Source: an uncultured Coriobacteriaceae bacterium (GTDB lineage: Bacteria > Actinomycetota > Coriobacteriia > Coriobacteriales > Eggerthellaceae). Taken from it: a DNA stretch of 28,128 bases. The position numbers were made by a program, and so were the translations under genes. Below are positions 18,159 to 25,616 of the stretch, one piece after another. How positions within the stretch are numbered: the first letter of the stretch is position 1; the number at the start of each line of letters is the position of its first letter. The DNA is taken from the NCBI GenBank assembly GCA_902767025.1, contig CACXFZ010000138.1, positions 1 through 28,128 of the forward strand, read 5' to 3'. Below the pieces are notes generated by a model. It saw nothing but the letters and a program-made list of their open reading frames with translations. It searched no databases and was not told where the DNA came from.

Positions 18159-19454
18159 CTATTCGGACAGGTAGTTTCTCTCCACTTGGGCGAGCTCTTC
18201 GGGCGTGTTCACGTTGATGAAGCACCCGCCGGCAGGCTCGGCCTCCAGCACGCGCGCCTGTGGGAACGCGCATACGTCCAGGTGCTCGAAGATGGACTGC
18301 AGCCGCGATTCGCCCGCTTCCGTCAAGCGGCGCACCACCGGAAGCACGTGCGGGCGGTAGTACACGGCGTGCAGCGGCTCGAAGCCGTGCTTGTTCACCG
18401 GCACCACGCAATCCGCCCCGCTGGTGTTGAGCTCGGCGCACTCGGCCGCAACCAGGCGGGGGCTGGCGAACACCATGTCGCAGGCCACCATGGCCACGTA
18501 GTCGTAGGTGGCATGCTCGAGCGCCGTCAGCGCACCGGACAGCGCGCCGCGTCGATCGAGCACGTCTGGAACCAGGCGGATGTTCGCATCCGGGAAGACG
18601 TCGTGCAAAAAGCGCAGCTCCGGCTCCTCGTTGGTGGTTACCAGGATCTCGTCGGCAACCGGCAGCATGCGCTCGACCAACCGCTCCACCAGGGGCTGTC
18701 CGGCCAGCTTCACCGTTGCCTTGCTCTGCCCCATGCGCCTGCTTTCGCCACCCGCCTGGACGACCACGCTCACACGCGGCCGGGCGATGCGCGCCGTCAG
18801 GAAGCGGCAGATTCCCTCGATGTCGTCGAGTCCGAAGCAGTCGATGCCGAAGATGCGGGCCGCTTCGCGCGCCTGGGGGATGTCGGTGACGACGGCCATC
18901 GTGTGAGCCGTGGGCATCTTCTGGTCCACGTCCGACCCGCCCTGCGCATCGGCGCTGGCCAGGCTGGCCTGCGCGTGCCACACCAACCCGAACTGGCGCG
19001 CGCGTCCCTGCTGGACGAAGTCCACGTCCAGCCCGTCTCCGCGCACCGCCGCCTCGCGAAACGCGGCAGCCACCTGCTCGTCGGCCGGGTTGCCCGCGCG
19101 CATGACCTCGATCGTGGGCAGGCCGCTCTTGCGATAGCCCTCGACCAGCACCAGGTCGTGCCCGGGCATCATCGAAACGATTTCGGAGCACTCCATCTCG
19201 CCCGGCGTGGTGCGGATGAGCGCCATCTGCCCCGGACAGGCGATCACGGTCTCGGACGCGCCCGCCTGGCGATGGCGGTAGGAGTCCTTGCCGGGGATGT
19301 CGATGTCGAACCCAGCATGCCCGTGATGCTTCACCGAGCCCACGTCCAAGCCCGTTGCCACCAGATGGGCAATGAGCTTCTCGATCAGCGTGGTCTTTCC
19401 CGAATTATGGCGGCCGACGATGGCTATCGCCGGGCTTGGCAGCAACGACTTCAT
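18159..19454 (-). CDS. mobBA: MobB-MobA fusion (molybdopterin-guanine dinucleotide biosynthesis)
   Basis: N-terminal P-loop VGRHNSGKTT, VKHHGH, D..GKDSYRH, LVEGY. C-terminal AGGESRRMGQSKA, GALSG, ACDM, EPLHAVY, FINVNTPEEL. Confidence 0.88.
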   Translation of the reverse strand: MKSLLPSPAIAIVGRHNSGKTTLIEKLIAHLVATGLDVGSVKHHGHAGFDIDIPGKDSYRHRQAGASETVIACPGQMALIRTTPGEMECSEIVSMMPGHDLVLVEGYRKSGLPTIEVMRAGNPADEQVAAAFREAAVRGDGLDVDFVQQGRARQFGLVWHAQASLASADAQGGSDVDQKMPTAHTMAVVTDIPQAREAARIFGIDCFGLDDIEGICRFLTARIARPRVSVVVQAGGESRRMGQSKATVKLAGQPLVERLVERMLPVADEILVTTNEEPELRFLHDVFPDANIRLVPDVLDRRGALSGALTALEHATYDYVAMVACDMVFASPRLVAAECAELNTSGADCVVPVNKHGFEPLHAVYYRPHVLPVVRRLTEAGESRLQSIFEHLDVCAFPQARVLEAEPAGGCFINVNTPEELAQVERNYLSE

Positions 19455-19493
19455 GGCTTCCTCCCGCGCCGTAGTATACCGTGGGAGGCGCGG

Positions 19494-21122
19494 TTAGTCG
19501 TGAACCACCACGGCGTTGCCGATGTTGATGATGTTGAACAGCGAGGCAGCGGCATCGTAGGGCAGGTTGGCACAGCCGTGGCTGCCCCAGCCCTGCGAGA
19601 AGCGCGCGCCGCCGAATGCGGGTTGCCAAGTGGCGTCGTGGAAGCCGTGGCCCTGGTAGGTGAACGGCATCCAGAAGGCCACCTCGGTCTCGTATTCGGG
19701 CTGTCCGGTCGCAACGGAGATCTCGCCGCGCAGGACGGCGGGGCTCTGCTTGTTCAGGATCGAGTAGACGCCTGTGGGGGTGTTGTGCTTGCCATCGGGG
19801 GTGCCGGTGACCACGTCGGATTCCCACACCAGCTGTCCAGCCGTGTCGTAGCAGCGCGCATGCTGCTCGGACAGGCTCAGGTCGACGTACATGCCCCACT
19901 CGGGCAGGCCCTTGCCCGGATACGTGGCGCCTTCGGTGATGCACGGCACGGTCACGGTGGTGTCCACGCCCTGCACGATGGCCTCGCGCACCTGGGCGAC
20001 CAGCTCGGGCGTGTCGACCTCCCAGCCGTAGGTGCCGCCGGAAACGGTGAACACGGCCCCGTCGGGACGGGTGTAGGTGCGCTCGGTTCCGACGGTGTCG
20101 AGCCCGTTGGCGTAATCCTTGAGCCATTCGTTCATGGCTTCCTCGTTGAAGGTGACGGTGTAGTCGGGGGCCAGCACGACCCACTGCGACGTCTGGTCGG
20201 CGTTGATGGTGCCCGCGGGCACGGCATCGGTGCCCAGCACGAGCGCGATGTCGGCCTTGACGTACGAGCTCGCCGTCGCCGCGGCGTTTTGCAGCACGGG
20301 GTCGTCGCGCAGCAGCGCGGGCTTTTCGTAGTCGTCCTCGTCGAGCACGGCCGTGTCGCTCATCGTGGACACCGCTTCGTTGACGGCCTCCAGGACCTTG
20401 TCGGGGTTGAGCTTCGTGCCGGGCTTTTCGGGATCGACGATGAACTCCTTCAGCGCGCTGTCGTAGACGATGCTGGCGTTGACGGGGTCGGTGCCGGTTT
20501 CGTTGAACTGGGCCACGGAATCGCGCACCAGCTGCTCGAGGCCGCCGGCGTTGATGTCGCGCAGCAAGGCGTCGCTGACGTTGTGCGAGCGCTTGAAGAT
20601 GTTGACGGGCCATTGCCACGCGGGCTCCTGGGACACCGCGTTGCGCCCGACCTGGTCCCCGTTCACTTCCACGCCGGCGTCTTTCATCGAGAACGCGAAA
20701 TGAGCGCCGTCGCCGGTGGTGGTGACCGTGTAGTTCGCCATGATCGAGTTGGCGATCTGGGCGATCTGGCTTTCGGATTTCATGGACACGTCCACCGTGC
20801 CCATGCGGGTGTTGGGATACGTGTGGCCCATGAAGAAGATCACGCCTGCAGCGTACAGGACGGCGAGCAGGGCGAGCAGCACCGCGAAGAAGATGCCGAT
20901 CTTCTTCGCGGTGCTCTTCTTGGGCTTGGCATCGAAGTTGACGTATGCGGGCGCCTCGGCCCATGCGGGGTTGTCCTGTGCAGCCTGCCACGAGGCGTCG
21001 GCAACGGGTGCAGCGACCGGCGCGAGCACCTGCGTGGCACCCTCGTCGATGGTCGAGTCGGACTCGTCCGGCTGATCCAGCCAGTTCGTTTCGTCTTCGT
21101 TGTTCTTTGCGTGTCTTGCCAT
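19494..21122 (-). CDS. Membrane-anchored L,D-transpeptidase (YkuD domain)
   Basis: C-terminal VDLSLSEQH...VVTG...TPTG, GFHDA...GSHGCANL catalytic His/Cys. Single TM after a basic KKSTAKK stretch. Start refined to ATG 21122. Confidence 0.9.
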   Translation of the reverse strand: MARHAKNNEDETNWLDQPDESDSTIDEGATQVLAPVAAPVADASWQAAQDNPAWAEAPAYVNFDAKPKKSTAKKIGIFFAVLLALLAVLYAAGVIFFMGHTYPNTRMGTVDVSMKSESQIAQIANSIMANYTVTTTGDGAHFAFSMKDAGVEVNGDQVGRNAVSQEPAWQWPVNIFKRSHNVSDALLRDINAGGLEQLVRDSVAQFNETGTDPVNASIVYDSALKEFIVDPEKPGTKLNPDKVLEAVNEAVSTMSDTAVLDEDDYEKPALLRDDPVLQNAAATASSYVKADIALVLGTDAVPAGTINADQTSQWVVLAPDYTVTFNEEAMNEWLKDYANGLDTVGTERTYTRPDGAVFTVSGGTYGWEVDTPELVAQVREAIVQGVDTTVTVPCITEGATYPGKGLPEWGMYVDLSLSEQHARCYDTAGQLVWESDVVTGTPDGKHNTPTGVYSILNKQSPAVLRGEISVATGQPEYETEVAFWMPFTYQGHGFHDATWQPAFGGARFSQGWGSHGCANLPYDAAASLFNIINIGNAVVVHD

Positions 21123-21232
21123 CCGTCGTTTCTTCCGCATTGCAATGCCTGCTCGCAAGTGGAGCAGGCACGTGGCGCCTTCGTCTCTTCCCTCGCTTCC
21201 CCCTGCGCTGCGCACAGGGGACAATCGGAGTG

Positions 21233-21241
21233 ATTGTAGCA
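21233..21241 (-). promoter_or_regulatory. Extended -10 (TGcTACAAT) for the L,D-transpeptidase gene
   Basis: Minus strand TG-c-TACAAT, about 110 nt upstream of ATG 21122. Confidence 0.55.
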
Positions 21242-21355
21242 ATGGCCATTCCGCAATGAAACAGCTTTTGTGCTACTTCGCAATATTGCCACGCTTGGCA
21301 ACGACGGCAGGAAACCTGCCAACGGGGAAACGGCAAACGGAAGCTTTGCCAAGAA

Positions 21356-21439
21356 TGGTGCCCGGGGTGGGAGTCGAACCCACACGTCTTTCGACAAAGG
21401 TTTTTGAGACCTCCGCGTCTGCCATTCCGCCACCCGGGC
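21356..21439 (-). tRNA. tRNA-Leu (anticodon CAA)
   Basis: GCCCGGG-TG-GCGGAATGGCAGACGC-G-GAGGT-CTCAAAA-ACCTT, long variable arm, GGTTCGACTCC, CCCGGGC-ACCA. 84 nt. Confidence 0.96.
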
Positions 21440-21449
21440 ACGGCATGCC

Positions 21450-21478
21450 ATTATAACAGCAATGCGATGGTTTGACAC
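21450..21478 (-). promoter_or_regulatory. Promoter of tRNA-Leu
   Basis: GTGTCA, N17, extended TGtTATAAT immediately upstream of the tRNA. Confidence 0.8.
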
Positions 21479-21547
21479 GGGGACTTGCGCGCACCCCACG
21501 GCACCAAGCGCTGGTGGCACGCCATGTTCCTGCGACTACCGCCGTTC

Positions 21548-23062
21548 CTAGGGCAGCGGCAGCTCCACGGTGAACGTGGTCCCTCGCTCTTCGGTGCTTT
21601 CGACCCGTATCGTGCCCTTGTGCTCGTCGACCACGCTCTTGGCGATGGAGAGCCCCAGGCCGACTCCGCTGCCGCGCGTGCGCGCCTTGTCGCTGCGGAA
21701 GAAGCGGTCGAACACGTGCTCTTGGTCTTCGGCGTCGATGACCGGTCCGGTGTTGCGCACCTTGAGCACGCAGGTTTTGTCCAAGGACCTCATGTCCACC
21801 CAGATGCTGCCGTTTTCGTCCACGTACTTGCATGCGTTGTCCACCAGCGTGGCCACCAGGCGCTGCAGGCGCGACGCATCGCCGTAGATGGACACCCCGT
21901 CCTGCACCGTCGAGTCGATGAACACGCCCTTTTCGAATGCGACGGACTCGAACTGGAGCAACTGGCCGTTGACCAGGCCCGAGAAGTCCACGGTGCTCAG
22001 TTCCACGGGGTTTTTCTGCGCGTCGGTCTTTGCCAGGTAGAGCATGTCGTTGACCAGCTCCTGCATGGCATGGGCTTCGGTTTCGTTGCTTTCGATCCAC
22101 TGCCGCTGGGATTCGATGGTCGCTTCGGGGTTGCTGAGCAGGATGGAGTCGTTCGCCATGATCACCGTCAACGGCGTCTTCAGCTCGTGGCTGGCATCGG
22201 CAACGAACTGCTGCTGCTTCTTCCACGCCTGCTCGACGGGACCGACCACGAAGCGAGAAAGCACCACGCTCACCAGGAAGAACGCCGCGATGGCACCCAG
22301 GCATGCGAGCAGGATCGTCCTCAGGAACGCGTCCAGGCCGCGGTCGACGTACCTGCCGGACGCAAAGCCGATGATGTAGCTGTCTTGAAGCTGGGCGACC
22401 TTGTAGTACAGGTTCACGTCGCCCAGGTACCCGTTGACATCCCCCATGCCGTATTCGCGCTTGGCCTGCAAGGCGTCATCGATCGCATCGGCAAGGTCTT
22501 CTTCTTCGATGGGCACCGCCTCGTTGCTTTCTTCCAAGATCGTCCCGTCGGCATCCACCAGGTAGAGAGCCGTGGCCACGAACTGGTCGCTGTCGCTCGC
22601 GCGCGGCGCCCGTTGCGAAAGCCCCGTGCGCTCCCCTCCCACGGACTGCTCGCCCTGCCCGACCCCGTCTGGCGAGGTCGGAGCAGTCGCCGCGCCACCG
22701 GTACCCTGGTTGCCGGTCTCGGCCGAAGAGGAGGCATCCGATCCCGTGGAGCCCGAAGACGATGTGGCGCCTTGGCCGGTGCCACCCTGCGCCTGAGGCG
22801 CATTGCCTTCGGGAACGCCACCCTCGCGCACGGCGCCGACGTTGCCCATCTCGGTCTTGTGGTCTGCGCCTTTGACCATCCTGCTCACGGCCATGTCGAC
22901 GCGTGCACCCAGGGCGTCGTGGACGTCTTCCACGTGCTGGGCGTGGGTGAGCGAGGCCACCACGGCCACGACGGAGCCGAGCACCACCACGGCAAAGACC
23001 ATGTTTGCCAGGATGAACTTCCACTTGAAGCGCTTGAGCGTCTTGCCCGGGTTGTCCTGCAT
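21548..23062 (-). CDS. Sensor histidine kinase (HisKA/HATPase), 2 TM
   Basis: H-box FVADASHELKTPLTVI, N-box LVDNACKY, G1 variant VRNTG, F-box FDRFFR, G2 GVGLGLSIA. Confidence 0.93.
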   Translation of the reverse strand: MQDNPGKTLKRFKWKFILANMVFAVVVLGSVVAVVASLTHAQHVEDVHDALGARVDMAVSRMVKGADHKTEMGNVGAVREGGVPEGNAPQAQGGTGQGATSSSGSTGSDASSSAETGNQGTGGAATAPTSPDGVGQGEQSVGGERTGLSQRAPRASDSDQFVATALYLVDADGTILEESNEAVPIEEEDLADAIDDALQAKREYGMGDVNGYLGDVNLYYKVAQLQDSYIIGFASGRYVDRGLDAFLRTILLACLGAIAAFFLVSVVLSRFVVGPVEQAWKKQQQFVADASHELKTPLTVIMANDSILLSNPEATIESQRQWIESNETEAHAMQELVNDMLYLAKTDAQKNPVELSTVDFSGLVNGQLLQFESVAFEKGVFIDSTVQDGVSIYGDASRLQRLVATLVDNACKYVDENGSIWVDMRSLDKTCVLKVRNTGPVIDAEDQEHVFDRFFRSDKARTRGSGVGLGLSIAKSVVDEHKGTIRVESTEERGTTFTVELPLP

Positions 23063-23068
23063 GAACCG

Positions 23069-23782
23069 CTACTCCTCTTCGGCGCTGTCTTCGGGGCCAC
23101 CCTGGTCGGCACCCTCGAAATCGAGCCGGTAGCCGACCTTGCGCAGCGTGACGATCTTCGTCTCGCTTTCCACGAAGTCGATCTTCTTGCGCAGGAAGGA
23201 TATGTAGGCTTCGACGTTGTTGTCTTCGACCATGGCGTCGACGCCCCAGACCTTGTCGATCAGCATCTCCTTGCTGATCACGCGGCCCGGGTTGCTCATC
23301 AGTATCTTGAGGATCGAGAACTCCTTGTAGCTCAACCGGATATTCTTCGTCTTGCAGGACAGCTCGCAGCTTTCCAAATCGAGGCTGATATCGCCGTATT
23401 CCAGCTTCTCGAAGATCATCTCGCCCTGCCGGCGCGTCAGGCTGCGCAGGCGCGCCAGCAGCTCGGCCGGCGCAAACGGCTTGGTCATGTAGTCGTCCGC
23501 CCCGCAGTCAAGGCCGCCCACCTTGTCGCCAAGTGCATCGCGCGCGGTGAGCATGAGCACCGGGGTGGCCACCTTGCAGCGGCGCAGCTCGCTCACCACG
23601 TCGAAGCCGTTCATCTTGGGCAGCATCACGTCGAGCACGACCACGTCGTAGTTGCCGGTCATGGCATACGACAGGCCGTCGGCTCCGTCGTGCACGACGT
23701 CGACATGGTATTTGGCGTTTTTCATGATTGCCTCGAGCGCTTCTGCCAAGCGCACATCGTCTTCTACTACGAGCACCTTCAT
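23069..23782 (-). CDS. OmpR/PhoB-family response regulator
   Basis: MKVLVVEDD, VLDVMLP, MLTAR, GADDYMTKPF, winged helix ending TLRKVGYRL. Start refined to 23782. Confidence 0.93.
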   Translation of the reverse strand: MKVLVVEDDVRLAEALEAIMKNAKYHVDVVHDGADGLSYAMTGNYDVVVLDVMLPKMNGFDVVSELRRCKVATPVLMLTARDALGDKVGGLDCGADDYMTKPFAPAELLARLRSLTRRQGEMIFEKLEYGDISLDLESCELSCKTKNIRLSYKEFSILKILMSNPGRVISKEMLIDKVWGVDAMVEDNNVEAYISFLRKKIDFVESETKIVTLRKVGYRLDFEGADQGGPEDSAEEE

Positions 23783-23842
23783 AGGCCGACCTTTCGCTGC
23801 GCCGCGCATGCCTCATGCGGGCGATTCGACTGTTGTTCAGCA

Positions 23843-23877
23843 TCAATGATAGCAACTTCCCTGAAACGAACCTGAAA
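23843..23877 (-). promoter_or_regulatory. Direct-repeat box plus extended -10 driving the two-component operon
   Basis: Minus strand TTTCAG-GTTCG-TTTCAG (23877-23861), then 9 nt, then TATCAT with TG at -3. Confidence 0.7.
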
Positions 23878-23899
23878 GCACCGCGGCGTTTTCGCATCC

Positions 23900-23932
23900 T
23901 TTAAGGTTCGCTTAAGCAACGGCTCCTATCTT
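23900..23932 (+). promoter_or_regulatory. Direct-repeat box plus -10 driving the VTC/DUF4956 operon
   Basis: TTTAAG-GTTCG-CTTAAG (23900-23916), then 10 nt, then TATCTT (23927-23932). Confidence 0.72.
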
Positions 23933-23963
23933 CTGCCGCGGACCTCGACAGAAAAGGACGGCA

Positions 23964-24800
23964 ATGAGCGAGACGATTTCCACCATCAACCCCGGCACAG
24001 CGGTCGCAGAAAGCACCGTCGCAACCCCGGGCACCTTCGAGCGCAAAGAGCAGAAGTACGTGGTCGACGGGCAGACGTATACACAGCTCATGAACCTGAT
24101 CGGACAGCGCGTGCAGCCCGACCGGTTCGGGCAGAGCACCGTGACGAGCATCTACTACGACACTCCCCAGTACGACCTGATAAGCCGCTCGCTCGAAAAG
24201 CCGCTGTACAAGGAAAAGCTGCGGCTGCGCGCGTATGGTCCGTACGACCCGCAGGGACCCGTGTTCGTGGAGCTGAAGAAGAAGTTCAAGGGCATCGTGT
24301 ACAAGCGCCGCGTGCAGATGAGCCCACGCGGGGCATGCGCGCTGATGGAAGGCGTGCCGTTCGCACGTGCGAGCACGCTCTGGCCGCTGGAGCCGAGCCG
24401 CTCCTCCATGCATCACAGCGCGCAGGTCGACGAGCAGATCGGGCGCGAGATCGAGGCATGCGTGCAGCGCCATCCGAACCTGGCGCCCGCGTTCGCGATC
24501 ATCGTCGAGCGAGTGGCCTGGACGGCCGTCGACGACGAATCCCTGCGCATCACCTTCGACCTCCATCCGCGCTACCGCACCGGCAACCTCACCTTCGCGG
24601 CCGGACCCGAAGGCCGCCTGATACTGCCCGAGGACATGCGCATCATGGAAATCAAGTGCTCGGGCGCCTACCCGCTCTGGCTCGTGCGCGCACTGAGCAC
24701 CGTAGGCGCCTACCCGCAGCCGTTCAGCAAGTACGGCACCGCATTCGCACTCGCCCAACAAGACCTGCACGGCAAGACGCTCGCCCGCACGTGCGCATAA
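23964..24800 (+). CDS. VTC (polyphosphate polymerase / triphosphate tunnel metalloenzyme) domain protein
   Basis: FERKEQKY, SIYYDT, KEKLRLRAYG, FVELKKK, YKRR, LRITFD, IMEIK, FSKY motifs. RBS AAAAGGA. Confidence 0.87.
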   Translation: MSETISTINPGTAVAESTVATPGTFERKEQKYVVDGQTYTQLMNLIGQRVQPDRFGQSTVTSIYYDTPQYDLISRSLEKPLYKEKLRLRAYGPYDPQGPVFVELKKKFKGIVYKRRVQMSPRGACALMEGVPFARASTLWPLEPSRSSMHHSAQVDEQIGREIEACVQRHPNLAPAFAIIVERVAWTAVDDESLRITFDLHPRYRTGNLTFAAGPEGRLILPEDMRIMEIKCSGAYPLWLVRALSTVGAYPQPFSKYGTAFALAQQDLHGKTLARTCA

Positions 24801-24815
24801 CCGAAAGGAGCTTCC

Positions 24816-25520
24816 ATGTTCGACACCATGTTCACCAGCGTGCTTGCCACCTCCGAGGAGGCCGCCACCACCAGCCTGTCCGGCACGACGTTCCTGCTTT
24901 GCTCGCTCGTGTCGCTGGCGCTGGGCGTGGCCATCGCCTTCATCTACATGTTCCGCCAAGAGCACACGAAGAACTTCGTGGTCACGCTCGCCCTGCTTCC
25001 CATCATCGTGCAGATGGTCATCACACTCGTGAACGGCAACATCGGCGCGGGCATCGCCGTGATGGGCGTGTTCAACCTGGTGCGCTTCCGCAGCATCCCC
25101 GGCTCGGCCAAGGACATCGGCGCGGTGTTCTTGGCGATGGCGGTGGGCCTGGCGACGGGCATGGGGTACCTGACGCTGGCCGTGCTGTTCACCGTCGTCG
25201 TCGGGTTGGCCAACGTCGCCTTCGTGCTGTCTCCTTTGGGCGGGCGCGCAAGCAAGAACGCCGACAAGAGCCTGCGCGTGACCATCCCCGAGGACCTGGA
25301 CTACGGCAGCGCCTTCGACGACCTGTTCAGCCGCTACACCTCGCGCTGCTCGCTGGTGGAGGCGAAGACCACCAACATGGGCAGCCTCTACCAGCTGCAC
25401 TACACCATCACGCTCAAGGACGCGCGCGACGAAAAACCGCTGCTGGACGCCATCCGCACGCGCAACGGCAACCTGACCGTGGCATGCGGCATGAACCTGC
25501 TGGAACAGGAGCGCCTGTAG
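24816..25520 (+). CDS. DUF4956-family membrane protein (TM bundle plus ACT-like C-terminal domain)
   Basis: TLALLP, GNIGAGIAVMGVFNLVRFRS, MAVGLATGMGY, then a soluble IPEDLDY...TTNMGSLY..RNGNL domain. Typical VTC partner. RBS AAAGGAG. Confidence 0.82.
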   Translation: MFDTMFTSVLATSEEAATTSLSGTTFLLCSLVSLALGVAIAFIYMFRQEHTKNFVVTLALLPIIVQMVITLVNGNIGAGIAVMGVFNLVRFRSIPGSAKDIGAVFLAMAVGLATGMGYLTLAVLFTVVVGLANVAFVLSPLGGRASKNADKSLRVTIPEDLDYGSAFDDLFSRYTSRCSLVEAKTTNMGSLYQLHYTITLKDARDEKPLLDAIRTRNGNLTVACGMNLLEQERL

Positions 25521-25564
25521 CAGGCTGGGCCCCTGGCCCTGGGAACGCGAAACCCCTACAAGAA

Positions 25565-25594
25565 AAAGGACCGGTCGATTGCGACCGGTCCTTT
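25565..25594. terminator. Bidirectional intrinsic terminator between convergent DUF4956 and aldolase genes
   Basis: AAAGGACCGGTCG-ATTG-CGACCGGTCCTTT, a 13-bp perfect stem. Confidence 0.88.
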
Positions 25595-25616
25595 CGCTTT
25601 GGGATGAAATGCGCGC

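Noticed and set aside
21123-21232. c-di-AMP (ydaO) or c-di-GMP riboswitch before the L,D-transpeptidase gene
   Set aside because: The conserved sequence cores are not present. It is kept only as an unassigned structured leader.
6938-21439. Genomic island between the two tRNAs
   Set aside because: There is no integrase, no duplicated tRNA 3' end and no obvious compositional shift. The content is core respiratory and housekeeping genes.
19405-21441. 678-aa minus-strand ORF
   Set aside because: It starts inside tRNA-Leu and overlaps the L,D-transpeptidase in another frame. It is Arg/Gly-rich, which is typical of an off-frame translation.
21472-21500. Plus-strand promoter from TTGACA at 21472
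   Set aside because: There is no -10-like hexamer at 16-18 bp. The sequence overlaps the minus-strand -35 of tRNA-Leu.
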